This document shows, piece by piece, positions 19,587 to 28,651 of a stretch of 64,000 nucleotides of DNA. The notes under the pieces were generated by a model. It made no database searches and was not told the origin of the DNA. It worked only from the letters and a program-made list of their open reading frames with translations. Each line of letters begins with the position of its first letter. The stretch's first letter is position 1. A program made the position numbers and the translations under genes. This DNA is from Dehalococcoidia bacterium (GTDB lineage: Bacteria; Chloroflexota; Dehalococcoidia; GIF9; UBA5629), in NCBI GenBank assembly GCA_003142375.1, contig PLME01000020.1, forward strand, positions 42,765 to 106,764, given 5' to 3'.

Positions 19587-20699
19587 TTACCGCGTCATCA
19601 GCGGTTGACCCTGATATTTGATGGAAAGTATCTCATTTTCAGCCTTAGTCACAGCCCCGGGTGCCAGGCTGGCATAGGTGAGAGCTTGGTTATACTGCTG
19701 GCCATCGTGAATTGCCCACCACAGCATCTTGACCAGCGCCTCACCCTTGGCCTTGTCTGTCTGGTTGGCATAGGCCAGTATCCAGGTGAAGCCTACGATG
19801 GGATAAGCATCGGGATTGCTTGAATTGGTCAGCATCAGTTTCATATCGTCAGGCAGAGAGACACCTATGGCAGCACTGGTTGTGGCCGCTAGGGAAGGTT
19901 CTATATAATTGCCGGCTGCGTTTTTAAGCTTGGCCCAGGGCATTTTATTCTGCACCGCATATGCCAACTCAACATAGCCCATGGAATTAGGTACCTGCTG
20001 CACCTGTCCGGCCACCCCTGCACTGCCCTGACCGCCAATACTATCACTGGGCCATTTTACCGCAGTGGCATTGCCTATCTGGCTGCTCCAGTTTGGGCTA
20101 ACCCTGGAAAGATAGTTCGTGAATATATAGGTGGTGCCGGAGCCATCCGAACGGTGAACGACGGCTATTGCAGCATCCGGCAATTTCAGATCCGGGTTGA
20201 GGGCTGCAATGGCAGGGTCGTTCCATTTGATAATCTTCTTCAGGTAGATATTTGCCAGTACATCGCCGGTCAACTTCAATTGGCCGGAGCCGATTCCTGC
20301 CAGGTTATAGACGATGGCAACTGCGCCGCTGGTCATGGGTATGTGAAGTATATGCCCGTGTTTGACTTCCGCTATTGCGGTCTGGTTGTCAGACATAATT
20401 CCATCGCTGGCGCCGAAATCGACGGTGCCCTCCGTTATCTGACTGATGCCACCTCCTGAGCCGATGGGCTGATAGTTGATCTTTACCCCGGTTAATTTAT
20501 TGTACTCATCAAACCATTTGGTATACAGGGGCGCCGGGAAAGTTGCACCGGCTCCAGTGAGGTTGACTGACTTGGCGAGGGTTGAAGGCTGATTTGCGGA
20601 CGGCGTTGTAGTAGGAGCAGCCGGACCGCAGCTTGCCAGGACCGCGGCTGCCAGCACAAGCGCCGCAAGGACAACGAACCATTTTTTGATGCTGTGCAA
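19587..20699 (-). CDS. pstS: Phosphate-binding protein PstS (lipoprotein-type signal)
   Basis: Has the PstS motifs GAGATFP, YQPIGSGGG and RSDGSGTT. The start is moved to the TTG at 20699 (AAAGGAG 8 nt upstream). The track ATG at 20735 sits directly on the predicted -10/TSS after the Pho box and has no RBS. Confidence 0.85.
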   Translation of the reverse strand: MHSIKKWFVVLAALVLAAAVLASCGPAAPTTTPSANQPSTLAKSVNLTGAGATFPAPLYTKWFDEYNKLTGVKINYQPIGSGGGISQITEGTVDFGASDGIMSDNQTAIAEVKHGHILHIPMTSGAVAIVYNLAGIGSGQLKLTGDVLANIYLKKIIKWNDPAIAALNPDLKLPDAAIAVVHRSDGSGTTYIFTNYLSRVSPNWSSQIGNATAVKWPSDSIGGQGSAGVAGQVQQVPNSMGYVELAYAVQNKMPWAKLKNAAGNYIEPSLAATTSAAIGVSLPDDMKLMLTNSSNPDAYPIVGFTWILAYANQTDKAKGEALVKMLWWAIHDGQQYNQALTYASLAPGAVTKAENEILSIKYQGQPLMTR

Positions 20700-20755
20700 A
20701 TTTTTATCTCCTTTATAAATTAATTTCTCTGTCATCCAATTACAAGTTTAGGGCA

Positions 20756-20799
20756 TAGAGATAAAAAGCAGGTTAAACCAATGTTAAATTTCGATTAAA
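20756..20799 (-). promoter_or_regulatory. Pho box: four 11-bp-phased direct repeats (TTTAAT/TTTAAC/TTTAAC/TTTTAT) upstream of pstS
   Basis: The minus strand reads tttaatcgaaa|tttaacattgg|tttaacctgct|ttttatctcta, followed by tgcccTAAACT (-10-like). This is the PhoB/PhoP-type direct-repeat architecture. Confidence 0.7.
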
Positions 20800-20808
20800 A
20801 TTCCGTTG

Positions 20809-21999
20809 TTATGCGGCGGCCAGTGGAAGGGTAAAGTAAAACGTAGAGCCTTTACCTTCAGTGCTTTCCACCCATATCCTACCACCATGCGCCGAAATTA
20901 TGTGCTTGGAAATAGCCAGGCCTAACCCCGATCCCTCGCCGACCCTGGATTTATCGACTTTGTAGAAACGCTCGAAAATACGCGGCAACTCATCCTGTGG
21001 AATCCCTATTCCGGTATCCGACACGTAAACCAGGATATGATCAGTTTCCTTTCTGGCGATTATAGTGATCCTGCCTCCCCTCCCGGTGAATTTAATGGCA
21101 TTGTGTATCAGATTGACCAGCACACTTTCGATCTGTTCCTTATCGATAACGGGGGATGGCAGCATCGGCTGGACGTCTATGCCCACCGAAACCCCGCTCT
21201 TTTCGGCCAGTGCGCTCAGCCGTTCGACGGAGTGTGTGATCAACTGCTGTAAATCCGTGGCCCCTTTATCTGGGACTGCTCCCCGACCCTCCACCCTTGC
21301 CAGCACGCTTAATTCCTCGGTCATTTGCTGCAATTTCGCCGTCTCCAGATCGATCTTTTTCAAGAAATCCCGGGCAACCTCGGGTTCCTTCATGGCGCCA
21401 TCTGAAAGTGTCTCTGCGAGCAGTTTGATGGATGTGATGGGCGTCCTGAACTCATGTGAAATGTTGGAGATGAGGTCCCGGCGTATATCTTCCAGATGCT
21501 GTCTTTCGGTCATATCGGTCACGATCACGACGTACTTGAATCCGTCTTGAACCGGCATAACAGTAACATTGAAGAGCTGCTTTCTGCGGCGGCTTCTAAT
21601 CAGCGAGTTCTGCCGCTGACCTGTGCTCATGCTCTTTTTAAGCAGCGCATCGAATTCATAGTCCCTGACAATTTCGATAAACGTTGGTCCATTAATCGTT
21701 TCGTGCCGTGCTCCAAAGATCCGCTCTGCAGCGCTGTTGACAAATTCGACACCCTGATTCATATCCAGAATCAGTATGCCATCCTGTATCCCGGAGAGGG
21801 CCTCTCTTAAAGCTTCAATTGAACTATCGTTTGTTTTCGTTTCCGGGTATGAAGCGGTGGACGGCTGGCCGGATAACCGCTTTTCCTCGGTCTTTTTACT
21901 CATGGCCCTGAACCTGTACCAGGATAGAAATATGCTTAGTGCAAGTAAGGCAAGGAGAACAATAGCAGTTATCAGCAGCCCATCTTCGGTCTTCATCAT
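20809..21999 (-). CDS. phoR: Sensor histidine kinase, PhoR-like (TM + PAS + HisKA + HATPase)
   Basis: Has the H-box SHEFRTPIT, N-box NLIHNAIKF and G-boxes DTGIGI / GSGLGLAI. It lies adjacent to the phoB-like regulator and the pst operon. Confidence 0.8.
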   Translation of the reverse strand: MMKTEDGLLITAIVLLALLALSIFLSWYRFRAMSKKTEEKRLSGQPSTASYPETKTNDSSIEALREALSGIQDGILILDMNQGVEFVNSAAERIFGARHETINGPTFIEIVRDYEFDALLKKSMSTGQRQNSLIRSRRRKQLFNVTVMPVQDGFKYVVIVTDMTERQHLEDIRRDLISNISHEFRTPITSIKLLAETLSDGAMKEPEVARDFLKKIDLETAKLQQMTEELSVLARVEGRGAVPDKGATDLQQLITHSVERLSALAEKSGVSVGIDVQPMLPSPVIDKEQIESVLVNLIHNAIKFTGRGGRITIIARKETDHILVYVSDTGIGIPQDELPRIFERFYKVDKSRVGEGSGLGLAISKHIISAHGGRIWVESTEGKGSTFYFTLPLAAA

Positions 22000-22022
22000 T
22001 CTATATTTATAAGTGCCTGCGC

Positions 22023-22724
22023 TTAAACGGCAAATTTATAACCGTAGCCGCGTACCGTCTGCAGGTATTGCGGTTTTTCGGCATCTTTCTCCAGCTTCCG
22101 CCTCAGCCAGCGGATATGCACGTCCACCGTCCTGGCGTTGCCGATATAATCGTAGCCCCAGACTTTCCTTAAAATCTGTTCACGAGTCAGGACTTTTCCC
22201 CTGTTGATGATCATAAATACCAGCAACTCAAACTCTTTGGGGTTCAACTCCACGGGATCTCCCTTGTGGAAGACTTCATGCCTTTCAAGATCTATTTTTA
22301 GGGCTCCGGATTCCAGGTAGCGCGATTTCGTCCCGGAAAATAGGGGGGATATTTGCTCTTGCGAGCGGCGTAGCAACGCTTTGATGCGCGCCTGCAGTTC
22401 CCTCATGCTGAACGGCTTAGTAATGTAATCATCAGCCCCTATCTCCAGGCCCACAACCTTATCAACCTCTTCGGCTTTGGCTGTCACCATTATGATGGGC
22501 ACCGGCTTCTCGCTCCGAACGATTCGGCAGACCTCGAGTCCGCTCATTATCGGCAACATTATGTCCAGTAGTATGAGATCGATATTATTATGGTGATATA
22601 ATTCCAGCCCCTCTTCCCCATCTGACGCGGTCCATACCTTGTACCCTTCTTTTTGCAGGTTGTATTGCAGAAGATCCCTTAAAGTGCGGTCATCTTCAAC
22701 TATGAGAATTGAGCTGTCTGTCAT
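22023..22724 (-). CDS. phoB: OmpR/PhoB-family response regulator
   Basis: The receiver domain has DD..., LLDIMLP and a KP motif. The C-terminal winged helix carries LT.REFELL and RGYGYKF. Confidence 0.85.
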   Translation of the reverse strand: MTDSSILIVEDDRTLRDLLQYNLQKEGYKVWTASDGEEGLELYHHNNIDLILLDIMLPIMSGLEVCRIVRSEKPVPIIMVTAKAEEVDKVVGLEIGADDYITKPFSMRELQARIKALLRRSQEQISPLFSGTKSRYLESGALKIDLERHEVFHKGDPVELNPKEFELLVFMIINRGKVLTREQILRKVWGYDYIGNARTVDVHIRWLRRKLEKDAEKPQYLQTVRGYGYKFAV

Positions 22725-22782
22725 GATGTTTACACCCGCCCATAAATCATAGCATGTTATGTATGTATGTATTTAATTAACA

Positions 22783-22819
22783 AAGAAGCCCGCAACCTTG
22801 AAGGTTGCGGGCTTCTTTA
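22783..22819. terminator. Intrinsic terminator downstream of rpoD (bidirectional shape)
   Basis: Hairpin aaagaagcccgcaacc-ttga-aggttgcgggcttcttt. Confidence 0.85.
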
Positions 22820-22841
22820 CATTTCCCTGCATTATAATGAT

Positions 22842-24272
22842 TTAGGACAGGTAATCGATTAGCTTCCGGCTGCGGCTGGGGTGCCTCAGCTTGGCCAGCG
22901 CCTCTTTTTCGATTTGCCTGATGCGTTCACGAGTCAGGCCGAACTCATGTCCGACCTCTTTCAAAGTCAATCCCTGCTCGTTGTCCAGACCGTAACGCAT
23001 CTCGATGATTTTCCTCTCCCTGTCCGAGAGTGATGACAGGACATCCCGGAACTGCTGCCTGAGCATATTCTGGGCTGCTTCCTCATCGGGAGCCGTGCTG
23101 ACTTCATCTTCGATGAAGTCGCTTAGCTGGCTCTCATCTTCGCCGATTGGTATATCCAGCGATACCGGTTCAGCATAAAGAATGCTTACCAGCCAATCTA
23201 TCTTGTCGCTGTCCACGCCCATTTCTGTGGCCAGCTCCTCGCTGGTGGGTTTGCGGCCCAGCTTTTGTAGAAGCTTCTGCCGGGCGTTATTCATCTTGGT
23301 AATCGTTTCCACGGTATGAACCGGCAGCCGGATGGTTCTCGACTGATCGGAGATAACACGGTTGATAGCCTGCCTGATCCACCAGGTTGCATATGTGCTG
23401 AACTTGAAGCCGCGCCTGTAATCAAACTTTTCTACGGCGCGCATCAATCCTATATTGCCTTCCTGGATCAAGTCTGAGAGCGGCATGCCGCGCGCCCTGT
23501 ATTTCTTGGCCATGCTCAATACCAGCCTTAGGTTGGCTTTGATCATATGCTCGGCAGCTTCCCGCCCGGATCTCCTGATCTTCTCGAAGTGTCCGGTAAG
23601 CTTTTCCCTGTTTATTTCCAGATACTTTGTGAATTCCACTTTGGCGGTAACGTGTTTCAGGTCCGCCATTTTTCTGACCGCTATGAAACCGTCAACAACC
23701 CTCCATGGTATCAAGCGTGTCAAGATGGAGATCTCCGCTATGGCCGTGATCGCTTCCTCGTCACTCATATGACCGTTGCGCGCCACGAATTTTGTCATCT
23801 CCTCGTGTGTTACACCGTCGATATGTGACCTGAATGTCTCATTCCCCAGGTTCTCCAATACGGAGTCACCGCTCACATCATAATGCTTGAGCAGCTTTTC
23901 CAAAATAGCTGCATATACTCCAAGTCTGACCAGTAGGGATTTAACGTCATCGACTTCGGCCGAATGCCCGTTGCGCCTGGCGCCAGTCCTTTTCTCAATA
24001 TTGGCCAGGTAATTGGCAAGCTCCATGCGCCCCGCCAACTCTCTCTCCTGCTTGCCGGTAAGCAGCGGAGTTTTACTGCATTCGGCTATGTACAGGCTTA
24101 CAGAGTCTTCGGCCAGGTCCCTGGCCCTCTTGTCGTTTCCGTAGGCAGCTTCGTCCATCTCGGACTTGGAATATGACTTGTCGTAGCTTTTCAGGCTAAC
24201 TTCTAGATCGCCGAGGTCACCCTCCGGCGCGATTTTGTTTATATCTTTAACTTCTGTTTTTATCTTCGCCAT
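22842..24272 (-). CDS. rpoD: RNA polymerase primary sigma factor (sigma-70)
   Basis: Region 2 reads [37 protein letters not shown]. Regions 3 and 4 are present ([21 protein letters not shown]). The ATG at 24272 has GGAGG 8 nt upstream. Confidence 0.95.
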   Translation of the reverse strand: MAKIKTEVKDINKIAPEGDLGDLEVSLKSYDKSYSKSEMDEAAYGNDKRARDLAEDSVSLYIAECSKTPLLTGKQERELAGRMELANYLANIEKRTGARRNGHSAEVDDVKSLLVRLGVYAAILEKLLKHYDVSGDSVLENLGNETFRSHIDGVTHEEMTKFVARNGHMSDEEAITAIAEISILTRLIPWRVVDGFIAVRKMADLKHVTAKVEFTKYLEINREKLTGHFEKIRRSGREAAEHMIKANLRLVLSMAKKYRARGMPLSDLIQEGNIGLMRAVEKFDYRRGFKFSTYATWWIRQAINRVISDQSRTIRLPVHTVETITKMNNARQKLLQKLGRKPTSEELATEMGVDSDKIDWLVSILYAEPVSLDIPIGEDESQLSDFIEDEVSTAPDEEAAQNMLRQQFRDVLSSLSDRERKIIEMRYGLDNEQGLTLKEVGHEFGLTRERIRQIEKEALAKLRHPSRSRKLIDYLS

Positions 24273-24491
24273 ATCTATTTCCTCCCCCCACACACCCACA
24301 TGTGCGGGGCCAATAATTCAAATCAATGAAACAATATTTTAAACACCCATTGTTAAGGCATTATTATGCTATTCCAATCCGGATAATGAGTAAGCGACTT
24401 AAGTCTCAAATAATTAAACGATTACAGGCTGGAAAAGGTTGCAAGTTGAGATGAAATATAGTGGAGGTGAGGAAGTGGAAAGAGCAGCCGC

Positions 24492-24698
24492 TCAGTCTTC
24501 TATAGTAACTATTTCATAGGGACACTGCAGCGCACCGGTATCACAAACCAGCTCGCAATCGCAGCACCAGCCGCAGTCATCCACCTGTACAAGGGTAACT
24601 ATTTCACCGGTCATCACCAGTGCCCCGCACCTGCAGACAGTAACACAAAGACCACAACCGTCACATTTGGTCGGATCAAGTACGGGCAAGGTGGACAA
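24492..24698 (-). CDS. Small 2x[4Fe-4S]-type ferredoxin-like protein
   Basis: 68 aa with two CxxCxxCxxxC motifs (CDGCGLCVTVC; CGWCCDCELVC). Confidence 0.75.
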   Translation of the reverse strand: MSTLPVLDPTKCDGCGLCVTVCRCGALVMTGEIVTLVQVDDCGWCCDCELVCDTGALQCPYEIVTIED

Positions 24699-24770
24699 AA
24701 ACGTTACCCTCCATATGCATCAAGTTAATGTTATACCCCTGCTTATCAGCATTCTGTAACTTAAATCACC

Positions 24771-25442
24771 TCAGTTTAGTCCGGCTAACTGGTTTAACAG
24801 GTCCTTATTAACTATTATAATTTTGTGTCGTTCCAGCCTGACGGCGCCCGTATCTTCCAGGCTTTTGAGTGAACGGCCGACCACTTCCCTGGCCGTCCCG
24901 GCCATAGCGGCCATTTCGTACTGGGTCAGCTTCTGGAATCCTTCAGCCCCGTGCAGCGAGTTTTCCATCAGTATCTTGGCCACCCTGCCCATGACATTTT
25001 TGAATGATAAATCCTCGATCAAACCCAGCAATAGCCGGGACTGACCGGCGAGGCATTCCAGCGCATTCTGCACGACCTTCCAGTTCTTTTCCATGAAGGG
25101 CATCAGGTCATTTTTGTGAATCAAATATATTAAAGTTGCAGTGCCAAGGGCTTGCGCGCTGTAAGGGCTGGGGCCATTACTGAACACTGCTATATCGTTA
25201 AAGGATTCCCCGGGCCTGGTAATCTTGATAATCTGTTCTTTGCCTTCGGACGATGTTTTGAAGATTTTGACGACGCCGGCTCCCACGAAATACAGGTTTT
25301 GCTCGCTATCACCTTCGGATACAACTGTCTGCCCCTTTAAAAAGGACCTCTGCCCGAAAATCTGCGCCAAGCTGGCCAGGCGGTCTGCATCGACGCCCTT
25401 AAAATAGCCCAGCTTGCTTATACTTTCTATCGTAATTGACAT
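24771..25442 (-). CDS. Crp/Fnr family transcriptional regulator
   Basis: Has a cNMP-binding-like beta-barrel (LYFVGAGVVKIF) and a C-terminal HTH (TQYEMAAMAGTAREVVGRSLKSLE). The start is uncertain: either the ATG at 25442 or the TTG at 25481. Confidence 0.85.
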   Translation of the reverse strand: MSITIESISKLGYFKGVDADRLASLAQIFGQRSFLKGQTVVSEGDSEQNLYFVGAGVVKIFKTSSEGKEQIIKITRPGESFNDIAVFSNGPSPYSAQALGTATLIYLIHKNDLMPFMEKNWKVVQNALECLAGQSRLLLGLIEDLSFKNVMGRVAKILMENSLHGAEGFQKLTQYEMAAMAGTAREVVGRSLKSLEDTGAVRLERHKIIIVNKDLLNQLAGLN

Positions 25443-25587
25443 AGCACCCTGATCAGCAAAATTATACCAGCCGACTGACAATTATTAAATGATTCAATCT
25501 GGATTTTAGTAGTTTGAGCCTCGGTTGCAGCCCGCCGTCAGTTTACTCGGGTTGACTATATAAAATGTAAATATTTATAATCTAAAG

Positions 25588-25684
25588 ACTTGGGAACAGG
25601 CGGCCCTTATATAATGGGTGCAGTCGGGCTTAAAGCAGCGGGATTTCGGCTCCGTGGGACTTAAGGTTCCACGGGGCTTTTTAA
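25588..25684 (+). promoter_or_regulatory. Structured 5' leader with intrinsic terminator upstream of the CDF transporter; possible metal-sensing (NiCo/czcD-like) riboswitch
   Basis: Contains repeated CAG/GGG junction-like strings (UGGGAACAGG, GGGUGCAGUCGGGC, GCAGCGGGA). These are followed by the hairpin ccgtgggac-ttaaggt-tccacgg and a T-run ending 8 nt before the ATG. The class assignment is from memory of the czcD motif and I did not verify it by folding. Confidence 0.3.
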
Positions 25685-25691
25685 TTAATAA

Positions 25692-26660
25692 ATGGATAGT
25701 CAAAAACAAAAAACTACAGTTGCAGCGCTCTCTGTAGCATCCAACGGCACGCTGGTCATCCTCAAGCTCGCCAGCGGCGTTTTATCGGGATCGGTTTCGA
25801 TCCTATCCGAAGCCGCGCACTCTTCAGTAGACTTGATAGCCTCATTCATTGCCCTTTTTGCGGTAAGGGCTTCCGCCAAACGCCCCGATGCAGAGCATCC
25901 TTTCGGCCACGGCAAGATCGAGGATATCTCGGCCCTGGCTGAGGCACTCCTCATACTGGCAGCGGCAGGTTGGATTATATATGAGTCCATACAAAAGCTC
26001 CTTCACCCCCAGCCACTTGAAGTCCTAACCTGGGGCATAGTGGTCATGCTTTTCTCAGCGGTGGCCAACTTTGCGGTATCACACTTACTTTTCATAGTAG
26101 GGAAAAAGAGCGATTCTCCAGCCCTGTTAGCCGACGGCTGGCACCACAGGACCGACGTGTATACATCTATTGGTGTGTTTCTGGGGCTGGCGTTGATCTG
26201 GGCCGGCACTAACCTGTGGCCCCACATTAACTTTTTCTGGATCGACCCGCTGGCGGCCATGCTGGTGGCTTTGCTTATCCTGCGCACCGCCGTCAAGCTG
26301 TCGGTCGATGCAGTCAATGACCTGATCGATACCAGCCCCCCCGCCGAGGAGCAGGAATGGCTCTCCGATTACCTTGAGAGCTGGTATCCTACCGTGCGCT
26401 CGATACACCGTGTCAGAAGCAGGAAATCCGGCGCCAGCCGCTTTATTGATTTGCACGTTGTGGTCGATCCCGTCATGACCGTGACCGACTCCCATGAGAT
26501 AACAGAGAAAATGGAGACGGCCATCAAAAAGAATCTCACTGGGGCCGATGTCACAGTACATATCGAGCCCTGCGACGGCACCTGTAGAAGAATATGCATC
26601 AGCGGTTGTATGCTGAGCGAGACCGCCAGGAAATCGATACACTTAAAACGTCAAGCTTAA
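25692..26660 (+). CDS. Cation diffusion facilitator (CDF) family metal efflux transporter
   Basis: Six TM helices with HSSVDLIAS and HHRTDVYTS metal-site motifs, plus a C-terminal cytoplasmic domain (IHRVRSRKSGASRFIDLHV). Confidence 0.9.
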   Translation: MDSQKQKTTVAALSVASNGTLVILKLASGVLSGSVSILSEAAHSSVDLIASFIALFAVRASAKRPDAEHPFGHGKIEDISALAEALLILAAAGWIIYESIQKLLHPQPLEVLTWGIVVMLFSAVANFAVSHLLFIVGKKSDSPALLADGWHHRTDVYTSIGVFLGLALIWAGTNLWPHINFFWIDPLAAMLVALLILRTAVKLSVDAVNDLIDTSPPAEEQEWLSDYLESWYPTVRSIHRVRSRKSGASRFIDLHVVVDPVMTVTDSHEITEKMETAIKKNLTGADVTVHIEPCDGTCRRICISGCMLSETARKSIHLKRQA

Positions 26661-26693
26661 TAAAATATCCAGATAATTGGCTTAGCCTAAAGC

Positions 26694-27485
26694 ATGAAAA
26701 TCGTCCGTTTTCAGAAAGATAAATTCACCTCCTACGGCGTCATTGAGGGCGATTCAATCCGCGTCTATGACGGCAGTCCGTATGACATCGGCGATGGAAC
26801 TCACAATAAATTTAAGCCGTCGGGCAGTTCGCTACCGCTTGGTAGCGTTAAGCTGCTTTCTCCCTGTCCTGCCAGCAAGCTCATCTGCCTGGGCCTGAAC
26901 TACAAGCCGCACGCGGCCGAGCTTAAAATAAAGCTGCCTGAGCTGCCGCTTCTCTTCCTCAAGCCGCCTTCGGCCATTATCGGCCCGGGCGACACGATAA
27001 TCCTGACGCCCGGGTCTCTAAGGATAGATTATGAGGGTGAGCTGGGGGTTGTGATAGGTAAAAAAGCCAGGAATATAGCAGAAGAGGATTATGCCGGATA
27101 CGTATTGGGCTATACCTGCTTCAACGACGTCACGGACCGCGTTGCCCAGACCAAAGATGTGCAGTGGACCAGATCCAAGAGCTACGATACCTTCGCACCT
27201 ATCGGCCCCTGCGTGGAGACCAACGTATCCCCATCCAACTTGAAGATTGAAACCAGGGTCAACAGTGAGATAAAACAGACGGGCAATACCAGCGAGCTGA
27301 TCTTTGCTGTGCCACGGCTGGTAAGTTATATTTCCCAGGTCATGACGCTTATGCCGGGAGACGTTATCGCCACGGGCACACCTGTGGGCGTTGGCCCTTT
27401 GAACGATGGGGACATAGTTGAGATCAGCATCGAAGGTATCGGCATATTGAAAAATTTCGTTACATCTTCAAATAATCGGAGGTAG
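26694..27485 (+). CDS. Fumarylacetoacetate hydrolase (FAH) family protein
   Basis: Has the YEGELGVVIGK, SKSYDTF.PIGP and MTLMPGDVIATGTPVGVG motifs. Confidence 0.9.
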   Translation: MKIVRFQKDKFTSYGVIEGDSIRVYDGSPYDIGDGTHNKFKPSGSSLPLGSVKLLSPCPASKLICLGLNYKPHAAELKIKLPELPLLFLKPPSAIIGPGDTIILTPGSLRIDYEGELGVVIGKKARNIAEEDYAGYVLGYTCFNDVTDRVAQTKDVQWTRSKSYDTFAPIGPCVETNVSPSNLKIETRVNSEIKQTGNTSELIFAVPRLVSYISQVMTLMPGDVIATGTPVGVGPLNDGDIVEISIEGIGILKNFVTSSNNRR

Positions 27486-27492
27486 TTAGCAA

Positions 27493-28632
27493 ATGGGAAT
27501 TACAAGATTTTATTTACCGACCAGGTTTATCATCGGTGCTGGGAGCCTGTCGCAACTGGGCAAGGAAGCCTGCCGGCTGGGCAAAACGGCTTTGCTGGTT
27601 ACGGGCTCGAAAAGCATGCGCAAGACGGGCGTGCTCGACCGGGTGATAAACGACCTCCACGGTAACGCCGTCAAGCCGGTGATCTTCGATGAGGTAGAGC
27701 CCAACCCTCGTGCCAGTACCATCGACCGCGGTGCAGACATAGCACGCCAGAATGGCGTTCAACTGGTCATCGGCATGGGAGGCGGCAGCGTCATGGACGC
27801 CTCCAAATGCATCGCCCTGGCGGCTGGCGGCACCGAGCCCATCTTTTCCATATACGAAGGCAGGGCCAAAGCCGGCAAAGCGCTGCCTATCGTACTAATC
27901 CCGACTGTAGCCGCCAGCGGGTCGGAGGCCAACGCCGGCGCGGTAGTCACTAACTGGGACACTCATGAAAAGGTCGTTATCGGCAACAGCCAGATGAATC
28001 CCACGCTTTCCATCATCGACCCCGAGCTCACTCTGACCCTGCCCGCCCGTACCACGGCGCAGGGAGGTGTCGATATCTTTTGCCACCTGGTCGAGCCGTA
28101 TATAACCTGCGATGAATTTACCCTCATCAACGATTCCCTGCGTGAAGCCTGCATGCGCACTGTGGTTGAAACCCTGCCGTCTCTACTGAACAAGCTGGAC
28201 GATGTCGAGGGCCGCACCCGGCTGTGCTGGGCCAGCACCATTGCCTGCTCGCAGTTCGCCGGCCTGGGCGGCGGCACAGGGCTTATGACCCTGCATGCCA
28301 TCGAGCATGCGCTGAGCGGACATTATGATATAGCCCATGCCGACGGCCTTGCCGCCCTCTTGATCGAATGGATGAAATATACCCTGCCTGTACGTGAAGA
28401 GCGCTTCAAACGGCTGGGCAAGAACGTTTTCGGCGCCTCCGACGGCATCGAGGCGACTCATAAGTGGCTTAAACAGGTGGGCATGGATTTCAAATTAAGC
28501 AGCCTGCATATTAAAGATCCGGACTTCGAAAAGCTGGCGGCCAATGCCTTAAAGACGGGCTCCTGGGCCAAATTCAACCCCAGGCCCATGGATGCTGCAT
28601 CTATAGCTTCGATCTACCGGACGTCCTTTTAG
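27493..28632 (+). CDS. Iron-containing (group III) alcohol dehydrogenase
   Basis: Has GMGGGSVMDASK and metal-binding His motifs (HAIEHALS..H), with typical Fe-ADH length and pattern. Confidence 0.85.
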   Translation: MGITRFYLPTRFIIGAGSLSQLGKEACRLGKTALLVTGSKSMRKTGVLDRVINDLHGNAVKPVIFDEVEPNPRASTIDRGADIARQNGVQLVIGMGGGSVMDASKCIALAAGGTEPIFSIYEGRAKAGKALPIVLIPTVAASGSEANAGAVVTNWDTHEKVVIGNSQMNPTLSIIDPELTLTLPARTTAQGGVDIFCHLVEPYITCDEFTLINDSLREACMRTVVETLPSLLNKLDDVEGRTRLCWASTIACSQFAGLGGGTGLMTLHAIEHALSGHYDIAHADGLAALLIEWMKYTLPVREERFKRLGKNVFGASDGIEATHKWLKQVGMDFKLSSLHIKDPDFEKLAANALKTGSWAKFNPRPMDAASIASIYRTSF

Positions 28633-28651
28633 CTTATTTAACCTATGGAAA

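Noticed and set aside
22725-22841. Second Pho box upstream of the phoB-phoR operon
   Set aside because: The region is AT-rich, but I could not phase TTTAAC-like hexamers at 11-bp intervals. There is not enough evidence.
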